The notes under the pieces: model-generated | Seen by the model: the letters and a program-made list of their open reading frames with translations, nothing else | The model's database searches: none | What the model was told of the DNA's origin: nothing | Shown here: positions 13,978 through 23,001 of the stretch, in pieces | Numbering within the stretch: position 1 is the stretch's first letter | How the letters are laid out: each line of letters starts with the position of its first letter | Program-made: the position numbers and the translations under genes | NCBI GenBank assembly: GCA_040954595.2 | Contig: CM082596.2 | Span: 8,879,124-8,943,123, forward strand | Source: Balanoglossus misakiensis | Taxonomy: Eukaryota; Animalia; Hemichordata | Length of the DNA stretch: 64,000 bases | Direction of reading: 5' to 3'

Positions 13978-14375
13978 TAACATTGTTAACTTAAACCAAC
14001 TGGTGAACTTACCGTGATTATTTAACACATTTGGCTAATTTGATGAGATTGGTACACCTCATGCAAAACTCTACAAGCCTAAGAAGTCATTTGAAACACA
14101 CGTAAACAATCAGCTTAAAATCAGATGTAGGGAACGGCGACGTCTTTTACTTACGCGGTGTGGTATTCTTATGCTGTCCATAGCTTTGACACATTCTACA
14201 ATTATTAATTTTTGAGGTAACAAAAACACCTTGCTTTGAAGATTGGAGTTAGATGAAGGAAACTGCTCTGGTACTTACACATGTAGATATAAAAACCAGA
14301 ACTGATGTGAAGAGAATTTCAATGCTTTCCACTTTTCAGAAATCATTTTCAAGTCTTATTTTTGATTTTTTAGTG

Positions 14376-14529
14376 AGGTGGACCGTTCCTGGAGGTACTG
14401 CAATACCAGGTCGATCCGTGGCCAGGACGGAGCAAGCCCCTATTCCATGGCCCGTTTCCAAAAATCAGTTTAATATCGAGCTGCTCGGTGAGCAGCGTAT
14501 CAGATATTAAGCTGATAAGAACAGATACT
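14376..14529 (-). ncRNA. RNU2: U2 snRNA, 3' portion (nt ~35 to end), split by the retrotransposon
   Basis: Minus strand AGTATCTGTTCTTATCAGCTTAATATCTGATACG...ATTTTTGG (Sm site)...ATCGACCTGGTATTGCAGTACCTCCAGGAACGGTCCACC matches metazoan U2. Confidence 0.95.
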
Positions 14530-15192
14530 CCTTTTTGATTTAGGGGTAAACAAAAAACTAACCTAACCTAACAACTTACTCCTTCACAGAGACAACAAAT
14601 CAACTAGACTACATCCGAAAACTATAAAAACAGAAGAAAACAACGGGAGCCCCTAGGCAGGCCGAAACCACGTCGGTTCGAAGTACAAGGGCGTACGACA
14701 CCCCCTGCCCAATTCTCCAAAGTAAAGGTAACGATCGAAACAATATTAAAACTAAACGAAAAATACAACAACTTAAGAGCAAAGTAATGTTGAAAAACCA
14801 GCACAAATGAACAGTCGTAACACGACCTGACCCCACCCCAATCTTTATTTTTAACAGGTCAAAGGTTACAAAGCACCAATCAAAAACTCGCTCTAAAAGA
14901 ATCCAAGAATACATCACTGAAGAAATGCTGAAAAGACAAGAGGAAAAATACAGAATACAACGAAGAAATACCATAACCAATTGGAAAGGAACGCAATGTA
15001 CAGCCAGGTGAAACACCCATACACACTCGCACTCATTCGAAAACACGCGGTAAAAAACGAAAAACGCGAGACACTCTGTTTTGCGCGGCGAAGAGTAATC
15101 ACGTATGCAGTAACTGAAGACGAAGTAACCGGATATCATCGACGATGACGAAAAAACCGCGAATGCGGGTAAGTGAAAACAAAACAACCAGC

Positions 15193-18100
15193 TCAGATCA
15201 AGATTCGCGGTCCTGAGCTCGAACGAACGGCAAGGATCCCGGCAATACCCCACTGACTGTAAAATTCCTCAGTTGTCAGTCTAACTCGATCAGCCTGGAG
15301 ACGCTGCCGAATCTCATCTTTGACGGTAAGTAAAACGTCCTCTGGAGATAGGAAAATATACTCAAAGGCCGCCTGACATCGCGTCCGCCAAATACACATT
15401 TTTGTCACATTCACTATGTACATCACCAGCGCTCGGTTGGCCCGCGACAAATTACACTCCGTAAGTCCTCGTAAGATGAGATTTTCATCGAACTTAAGCG
15501 CGCCTCTCAGTCGGTACAAACGGTTCTCTACCCAAGCCCACACATAGTTAGCATGTTGACAAAATATCAAAGCGTGGGCTAACGATTCCACCGCCGCGCA
15601 ATTTTCACGCGGGCAGTACGGCACGACGCGACGCATTCCCCAAGCAACAAGACGGGAGCGAATCGGTAGTACGTTGTGCGCGCAGCGCCAAGCTAGATCT
15701 TTCAAGGTGTTGTCTAAACTAGAAGTGTGCACTGAAGACCAAACATCTTTCCAACACAAAGACGGAGAACGCTTGACCACAGGTGGAACGGTATCAATAG
15801 CCGAAAGCAAAAGATGGTAAGTATGTACAGACTTTAAATTACCCCAAGAAAGTGAGTTTTTACATAGGAGTGGAAATAAGCTCTTAACCAAGGTTACAAC
15901 AGTCGAATACCAAAGCGGACATTCCGCATACTGTGGCAAGGTATTTGACCAAAAGAAGGGAAACAGAGAACGTAGGGGTAAAGAAAAGTAACGTTTCATC
16001 AGGAAGTGAACAGGTTTAACAGTAACGTCCTGAATCAAAGGGAGAAACTGAGAAAGTAATAAAGCTTTTGCTTTCAACTCTAGGTTAACAAGACCCAGCC
16101 CCCCCTTTTCCAGAGGCTGGTAGAGAACAAGACGACGCACAAGCTCTGGTTTCTTCCCACTCCAGATGAAAGAAAATAAGGCTGTGTTAAACTTTGCAAT
16201 CACGGAAGGCGGAGGTGGAAATAAGGCTGCCACATACCACATAGCTGGCATGATAACAACATTGGCAACAAGAACTTTCCCGAAAAGTGTCAAACGCCGT
16301 CCCCCCCACTTGGAGAAGATTTTCAGGCACTTCTGAAGTTTCAGGGACCAATTGACTATAGGGGCGCCCTCACCAAAACAGACACCGTTGATGAAAATAC
16401 TGTCGTTGCTGAACTGAAGTTGCTCCGGACTGTCAGAGCGCCCTCTCCAGTTCCCCAGCCATAAACCTTTGCACTTCTTACGGTTTATGCAAGAGCCTGA
16501 AGCTAAAGCAAAACGGGAAAAAATATCAAAAATAACTTTGAAGGAAGCGTTGTCAGTGACTAAGACTGTGTTGTCATCAGCATACTGCAACAGTTTAACT
16601 GAATGCGGATAACCAGGAATGTTAAAGCCCTGAACTTTTTGCTCTGCCTGGATAACTGCGGCAAGCGGCTCAATAAACAGAACATAAAGAAGCGGAGAGA
16701 GGGGACACCCCTGCCGCACACCTCTACCAATAACCACAGGATCACTGAGAAATCCGTTAACTAGAAATGAACTGGAAATATCGGTGTACAGTATTTGTAT
16801 CCAGTCGCGGAACACTGAACCAAAATTAAATTTCTCAAGAACTTTATGCAGAAACACCCAGTCAACTGTATCAAAAGCCTTACGTTGATCTAAGGAGACA
16901 ATGGCACCCTGACTGTTACGAGAATTACAACGAAACAGAAAATCCCGAACAATATGCAGATTGTCAGTAATGGATCGACCCTTGACCCCACACGTCTGAA
17001 ACGGATTGACAAGGTCAGGCAAGACTGAACTCAATCTGTTGCACAGCACTTTTGCAATAATCTTGTAATCAACATTCAATAATGATATCGGGCGCTTATT
17101 GTCAGGCCGATACTGCCCATTCACGTCACCAGGCGGTACTGATTTGCTAAGAAGGGTGACAACTGCCCATCTCTGTGATGCACCCAGACGTTTTTTGGCA
17201 AGGATATCGTTACAAACCTCCAGATATATTGGGCCAAGCGTATCCCACAGCCTGACATAAACCTCCTTCTGAAAGCCATCCGAACCTGGTGCTTTACCGT
17301 TCTTCATTGACTTCATGGCAGATGTCAGCTCCTCCATAGTAAAAGGGGCATCCAAGCGTGCCTGCTGCTCTGGGTCCAGTGCTCTCTCTAATTTGGAAAT
17401 AAAGAAATCCTGCTCACTAGAACTAAGCGAATCTGTCGGCGAAAAAAGACTGGCGAAATAATCACAAATGACTGAAGAAATACCATCTTGATCAGTACGA
17501 ATATTGCCATCAACATCAACCATTTTGGAAATACACTTCTTGACAGCTCTCTTGCGCTCACGCGCAAAGAAAAACCGAGAACATTTCTCTTCGTGCTCTA
17601 GCCAATGCGCACGCGAACGGATCTTGACACCCGCAAGTTTCTCCTGTGTCAACTTGTTAATGCGCTCTTTAACACTATTATAATCGTTCAAAATAGACCG
17701 AGAACGCTTTCCAGAATTCAAGCAAGACGTCAAATCCCGCAACTGATCATACAACGAAGATAAAAGCGCCTTCTTTTTAAGAGCCACTTTCCGTGAATGT
17801 TTCTTAACCAATGCCTTTAAACGCTCTTTGACCATGTCCCACCAATCAGACAAGCATGGGAAGGCTTCCTGCAAAGTGACCCAATTAGCAACACGATGGC
17901 GGATCTCATCAAGGACCGAGGGGTCAGACAAAATGGAAACATTGCACTTCCACACCCCAGGACCCCTACGAACAGACTGACCACCCCTAATTGATACCGA
18001 ACACATATCATGGTCGGACAGGGAGCAAGGAACAATATTGGACGAGGTTTTCAACGCACTAGACATGTAAAAGCGATCAAGACGACTACCAACCGAACAA

Positions 18101-18687
18101 GAACGATTTCGCCATGTATATTCCTGTAGGTTTTCATGCTGACGGCGCCAAACATCAACCAAGCTGTAATCAGAACATAACTTTTGCAGAACTTCACTAC
18201 CTATGAAGCAAGTAGTATTCGAAGCGGACCCCCCAAACCGATCAACTGGACAAGAAACACAATTAAAGTCACCACCCAAAATAATATTGCTATGGCTACC
18301 GATGAAATCAGATAAACCTGCAAAGAAATTAATCCTACCTGAAGGACTGTTAGGCGCATACACATTAATTAAACGGCAAGTAAATGCACTAAAGGAGACA
18401 GTACCCGCCACCAGACGCCCATCCACATCTGAAGTAAAATCCTGCAGGGAAAAACCGGATGACGGAGAGATCAAAATGCCCACTCCCCTGCTGCTATTGG
18501 ACCCTAAGCTCCAATAATTGGGGCCTCCCCACTCCCTTCCCCACATTGCCATCTCCCTAGAAGAACTACAATGGGTCTCCTGCAAGAAGATAATATCAAA
18601 CTTACTGTCTCTAAAGGAAGCAAACAAAGAGTTACGCTTAACAGAATCCTTCATACCATTAACATTGATGGAACATAAATTCAACAT
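15193..18687 (-). CDS. ORF2: AP-like endonuclease, reverse transcriptase and C-terminal zinc knuckle
   Basis: SINVNG, FLQETH, GGDFN, SRLDRF, SDH (APE); RPISLLNVDYK, RQGCPLSP, YADD (RT); CPRENC..ESLAHALIFC. Start Met could instead be 18717. Confidence 0.95.
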   Translation of the reverse strand: MLNLCSINVNGMKDSVKRNSLFASFRDSKFDIIFLQETHCSSSREMAMWGREWGGPNYWSLGSNSSRGVGILISPSSGFSLQDFTSDVDGRLVAGTVSFSAFTCRLINVYAPNSPSGRINFFAGLSDFIGSHSNIILGGDFNCVSCPVDRFGGSASNTTCFIGSEVLQKLCSDYSLVDVWRRQHENLQEYTWRNRSCSVGSRLDRFYMSSALKTSSNIVPCSLSDHDMCSVSIRGGQSVRRGPGVWKCNVSILSDPSVLDEIRHRVANWVTLQEAFPCLSDWWDMVKERLKALVKKHSRKVALKKKALLSSLYDQLRDLTSCLNSGKRSRSILNDYNSVKERINKLTQEKLAGVKIRSRAHWLEHEEKCSRFFFARERKRAVKKCISKMVDVDGNIRTDQDGISSVICDYFASLFSPTDSLSSSEQDFFISKLERALDPEQQARLDAPFTMEELTSAMKSMKNGKAPGSDGFQKEVYVRLWDTLGPIYLEVCNDILAKKRLGASQRWAVVTLLSKSVPPGDVNGQYRPDNKRPISLLNVDYKIIAKVLCNRLSSVLPDLVNPFQTCGVKGRSITDNLHIVRDFLFRCNSRNSQGAIVSLDQRKAFDTVDWVFLHKVLEKFNFGSVFRDWIQILYTDISSSFLVNGFLSDPVVIGRGVRQGCPLSPLLYVLFIEPLAAVIQAEQKVQGFNIPGYPHSVKLLQYADDNTVLVTDNASFKVIFDIFSRFALASGSCINRKKCKGLWLGNWRGRSDSPEQLQFSNDSIFINGVCFGEGAPIVNWSLKLQKCLKIFSKWGGRRLTLFGKVLVANVVIMPAMWYVAALFPPPPSVIAKFNTALFSFIWSGKKPELVRRLVLYQPLEKGGLGLVNLELKAKALLLSQFLPLIQDVTVKPVHFLMKRYFSLPLRSLFPFFWSNTLPQYAECPLWYSTVVTLVKSLFPLLCKNSLSWGNLKSVHTYHLLLSAIDTVPPVVKRSPSLCWKDVWSSVHTSSLDNTLKDLAWRCAHNVLPIRSRLVAWGMRRVVPYCPRENCAAVESLAHALIFCQHANYVWAWVENRLYRLRGALKFDENLILRGLTECNLSRANRALVMYIVNVTKMCIWRTRCQAAFEYIFLSPEDVLLTVKDEIRQRLQADRVRLTTEEFYSQWGIAGILAVRSSSGPRILI

Positions 18688-18792
18688 GGTAAAAAGAAGA
18701 AAAAAACAATTGGCCATCAAGAAACCAAAGAGAAAGCTAAGCACAGATCAACTCTAAGCCGACGCAGAACCCCCAAAACACGGAACTGATAT

Positions 18793-20235
18793 TTATGCAT
18801 TAAAGAAGTAAAAATCAAAAAAGGACAAGTCCTTAGACAAAACATAAACAGGGTGAACAGAAACTAAGTGTTCCATCCATTTGACTGGATCCGGAAAGGA
18901 AAGGTGCTTACATTTTTTTATTGGACACTGAACTAGAAGTGGGTCGATGCCGTGCATCTCTTTACAATGATTTTGCATGGCTTCCCAGCCATGAACGCAG
19001 GACGCACAATCACCCGAGAACGTATTACATGACGAGTACACAGTCGACAAGTCCATAATGGATGAAAGACGCACAGAATCTAACGCCTTTTGACGTAATT
19101 CAACTGTAGACTGTGAGAAAACGGAACCAGACGCATGTGAGGTCACTGAACAATCAGAGTCGGCTTCGCTATCAACCGCACCAGTTAAAGAAACCGACTT
19201 GCTATCACCATCAACAGCCACTCTCTTAATCATCTCATCGTTATCGTCATCATTATCATCAGACGGCGCAGGACGCTTAGCAGAAGACGAACAAAGCATA
19301 TCCGTAGAAGAAAAAGAGGACCTTGGACTGAAAAAATCCTGTCGCTGGCCAGGAGTCACACCCATAGAAGAATTGTCTTCAACATCCATAGCATCTGAAA
19401 ACAAAACTTGTGAACCCGATTCAGACACGTCTTCCGCCTCACAATCTGGAGACGGCTGCGTCACAGGATCTGAAGCCAGCTCGCACACCTTTGAAACAAT
19501 ATCTTCAACAATAACATCGACAATTTCCTTCGACTCACCAGTACTAGGAGAAGCAGCCGCCTCCGTTGACAACCAAGAATTCGACAAGGCAACTCTATTA
19601 GCAAACGACAAAGAGCAATTACGATAAACATGCCCATCCCCCCCACAAATGGAACACTTCACATTTGCCGTGCATTCTGCAACCGTGTGTCCTAGCTGTG
19701 CACACCTAAAACAACGCACGTTGACGCAGTCTTTAGCCAAGTGGCCTGTATTGTTACACTTGATACACGTGCGAGGCTGACCAGAATAGGAAAACCACGC
19801 GTTCCTACCACCAATACGTATAACGGAGGGAATGTTTTTCTTCAGACGCATACGGTACTGCCTCGTGCCGTTAAAAACTGATGGTTCGTATGCATACACA
19901 CATTTCCTGGCTGCCAAGACAGTGCCATAAGCTGACAAAATGTACTGTACATAATTGTCGTCGAGTTCGTTGTCGATGTACAAAACGGTTACCACTACAA
20001 TATCTGACCCATACGAATGAGTGACAAAATCCGACTTACTCCTCAACCGCTCTTCAAAGAGCCGCCTAAATGCGAGCGTCCTGAAAGTTACGTCGAACGC
20101 ACTTCCAGGCAATTTCTGAACCGCCTCTAAATGAAGCTTGGCTTCCACACCCACACTACTGAGCTGATCAAACACTGCTTTTACATCAGCATCACTACCA
20201 AACTTCAGCAAAAGTGTGCGATCTTTGCGCACCAT
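18793..20235 (-). CDS. ORF1: gag-like nucleic-acid-binding protein with 3 CCHC knuckles and C-terminal C2H2-like motifs
   Basis: 480 aa; CIKCNNTGHLAKDC, CFRCAQLGHTVAEC, CSICGGDGHVYRNC; acidic/Ser-rich linker; CASC..H..H and CPIKKC..H..H at the C-terminus. Confidence 0.92.
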   Translation of the reverse strand: MVRKDRTLLLKFGSDADVKAVFDQLSSVGVEAKLHLEAVQKLPGSAFDVTFRTLAFRRLFEERLRSKSDFVTHSYGSDIVVVTVLYIDNELDDNYVQYILSAYGTVLAARKCVYAYEPSVFNGTRQYRMRLKKNIPSVIRIGGRNAWFSYSGQPRTCIKCNNTGHLAKDCVNVRCFRCAQLGHTVAECTANVKCSICGGDGHVYRNCSLSFANRVALSNSWLSTEAAASPSTGESKEIVDVIVEDIVSKVCELASDPVTQPSPDCEAEDVSESGSQVLFSDAMDVEDNSSMGVTPGQRQDFFSPRSSFSSTDMLCSSSAKRPAPSDDNDDDNDEMIKRVAVDGDSKSVSLTGAVDSEADSDCSVTSHASGSVFSQSTVELRQKALDSVRLSSIMDLSTVYSSCNTFSGDCASCVHGWEAMQNHCKEMHGIDPLLVQCPIKKCKHLSFPDPVKWMEHLVSVHPVYVLSKDLSFFDFYFFNA

Positions 20236-20429
20236 GCTGAAGCAAAATAATCAAAAAACGACAAAGAAAAAAAAGAGAAGCTAAAAAAAGCAACTCACGC
20301 TCACGTCCCACCTGGCTTGTACCAAAAGAAAAGAAGAAACGAAGCTCCACGAGGACGTCGAACGCTGAACAAAACACCTGTTGGAATACTCTTCTTGGAT
20401 TGGATATAAGCACCAGTAGCAGCAACCAA

Positions 20430-20458
20430 TGATCTTAGCCAAAAGGCCGAGAAGCGAT
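20430..20458 (-). ncRNA. RNU2: U2 snRNA, 5' portion (nt 1-29)
   Basis: Minus strand ATCGCTTCTCGGCCTTTTGGCTAAGATCA is an exact match to the U2 5' end. Confidence 0.95.
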
Positions 20459-20753
20459 ATTGGCTGTCGGCCCGGAACTTTGGACGGTATCAAGCTCAAC
20501 CAAACTTTTTGTATGGTTTGGTCGATAGGTTGCTCTTCAATCAAGGTCGCACGTTTTATTTGTCATTAAATCAAAGTTGTGGAGAAAATACTAAAGCTGT
20601 CAATATTAAAACAACAAATTGTGAGATCAAATATTCATGAAACGGGAGTGATTTCTCTTACTTTACAATAAAACGGCAAAAAATGCATAGCACCTAAATT
20701 AACATTTATATGCAAAGTTTGAAATTAGCATCTGAATGACATCTGAATAGCCT
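20459..20753 (-). promoter_or_regulatory. U2 upstream promoter region; PSE-like element at ~20503-20524
   Basis: TCGACCAAACCATACAAAAAG at about -47 to -67. The ~290-bp block is conserved in inverted orientation at 31227-31509, upstream of the second U2 5' fragment. Confidence 0.6.
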
Positions 20754-22202
20754 AACGTATACCAGACTTAGCGGGCGCTGGATCGAGGGTACAGTATCCT
20801 AGGTCAAGGGTCAATCGTGAATGTTTTGGTCGCGAATCAGCTGATCTTTTTACAACGGCGTGTTACGCTCCTTTTTAAATTTCTCATGAGTGAAGACGTC
20901 AGTGAAACAACACATTTCGGATAATGGAGCACTCTTGCCAGTGTTTTCAAAGGATTATGCAACCTTTCTACATCGGACGCGGCGGCACTTGGCAGAATTT
21001 TGCGAGGCGGTCGTCACGGCTGCTCCAACGCTGGATAGATTGTAGTTTAGTGTTGCTCCGGCCGGGGTAGTACAGTATTATCATGATGATATGACAATAC
21101 TGATCGTAACTAGTTTTACAAACACCATGACAGAGCCGGATGTGACAATAGTTTACAATACACAACACTCAGAGAACGATGACAGATTGTTTTTATTTAC
21201 CTGGTTGTCATGTGCCAATGTTGAATTGAACACAAATGCTTGAAATTCAAAATAAACTTCCCCATCTATCTATTAAAGGAAATTCTCCATCTTATATTGG
21301 TTGAATTTTGTTTGTAATTTTATAGTCCTTTTATTTCTGCCTGACATTCAAGCTCACAGAAAATTGTTTAAAAGCCAGTAATGTTTTAGACTAAAAGCTT
21401 GCACTTTAAAAGTCAGCTTTAAGCTCACCCACAAATTTCTTAAGAAATCTGAAGAATACATCAATGGTGTCTTTGTGGGTGCGAAAATGGATAACGCACA
21501 TTCGAAGGCGATATTCTCCATGGATTCTTGTTGAGGAGAGAAATAAGGTACCATCCACTCTAAATTTCTCCCTGATTGCTGTATTGAACTTTTCATTAGA
21601 CTTGCCATCTCCTGTTTTATAGTAGAACGTAAAGATAGTCATATGTGGCGGACAGTCGACAGTGAATCCTGGTATTTCTGGTGAAGATGATAAAGAAAAA
21701 CACTCATTTAAAAAAAACTTCCAAGTAAAATATGTGATCACGTTGTAACAGTATATTGATAAATCTGCACAGTTCCATTGATCAGAATTTTTTGACATTG
21801 AAAATAACTTATGTGTTTCCATTTCACAGATTCATGATTACCGTGTGCTTTTGTAGATTAAAATTCATAATTATCGGCTAGTTTCTTTCATTATTGACAA
21901 TCAGAAATTTGCTCAAGATTAAGTCTATTATACTATTTCCTGGCCTAACCTTTGATAGTCTTGTAAGCATATCGAGCAAGCTGAATCTTTTCTGTCAGAG
22001 ATGCAGAGAACGCTCCCACTCCATAAAATTGCAATGGCAACCACACTCGCAGTCCCCTGCAAAAAAAAAGTTTGTGAAAAGTTTCATACCATTAATGTGC
22101 TGGTATTTCTTCTCTTTTAATGTAATATCATTCTCACGAACAGAGCCATCTATTTGCACTCCAAGAAAAGAAAGCAATGCAGAATTTAAACTATTACTGT
22201 AA

Positions 22203-23001
22203 GGCTGCATTCACAAACACCTCTGGAGGGGGGGGGGGCGGGAGAATTCAATTTTTTTTACCGCTAATTTTCACATGCCCCCCGTACACAACCCGAAATA
22301 TTTTCAAATCCCCCCCTTCTGAACTGCCAAACTTTTGAAATCCCCCCCCCCCATTTTCTTTCACAGAGCAAAACACATCACCTATCTATCTTGTAAAAAA
22401 CGAAAAACAGCGCTCCCATGAAAAGAATTTGAAACTGATGTTTCCCCTCATCAGTGGGTATTAAACTGAACATTGTTTTTATTTTTTAAGTATTTGTATT
22501 CTGTGTTGGGAGACATTGTAAACCGAGAATTGAAGAGGGTGGGTTTGGGAGGGGTGTCCCCCTGCCACGTAAGAAAATTATATAAAATACAGAGCTCAAA
22601 GTTGCATTTTAATGAACCCGGCAAAAGCAAATTAATTAAACTACCGGTGTGTTGGGGAGGACAAATTTAACCGTCGCCGCTCAAAGTTATCATGGGGTGG
22701 GGGCAAGTCCCCTGACCTGGGACACTTGATAATCCAGTCAATGATTGAAAGGAGCCGATGAATGGAGGGGGTGGGTGTGGGAGGGGGTGTCCCCCTCCCT
22801 CATTAGAAAATTTTGTAAAATAAAGGGCGGAAACTGCATTTTTGTGGACTCAAAATAAATATTTAGTCGTCAAAGTTTTCAAGTCCCCCCCCTTTCAGTC
22901 CCTAAATTATTTCAAATCCCCCCTTACATACCCTCAATTTTTTCAAATCCCCCCCCCCCTCAATTCTCCCGTCCCCCCTCCAGAGGTGTTTGTGAATGCA
23001 G
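22203..23001. mobile_element. Harbinger-like MITE at the deletion breakpoint
   Basis: TIR GGCTGCATTCACAAACACCTCTGGAGG / CCTCCAGAGGTGTTTGTGAATGCAG (right end clipped by 2 nt), preceded by TAA. Confidence 0.75.

Larger units (their letters stand above)
14530..20429 (-). mobile_element. Full-length U2-targeting Tx1-clade non-LTR retrotransposon (Keno-like)
   Basis: Intact ORF1 and ORF2 (APE-RT-CCHC) bounded by U2 nt 1-29 and U2 nt 35 onward; no poly(A) tail; ~660-nt 3'UTR. Confidence 0.92.

Noticed and set aside
14609-15253. 214-aa ORF after ORF2 (possible ORF3)
   Set aside because: T-rich 3'UTR composition with no recognisable motif; start is not a confident ATG.
14530-20429. Utopia (RLE-type U2-targeting element)
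   Set aside because: The element has an N-terminal APE and a separate gag-like ORF1, not a C-terminal restriction-like endonuclease.
20748-20770. Academ-like TAGCCT terminus bounding both U2 promoter copies
   Set aside because: Only a 6-nt match; no partner TIR or TSD could be established.
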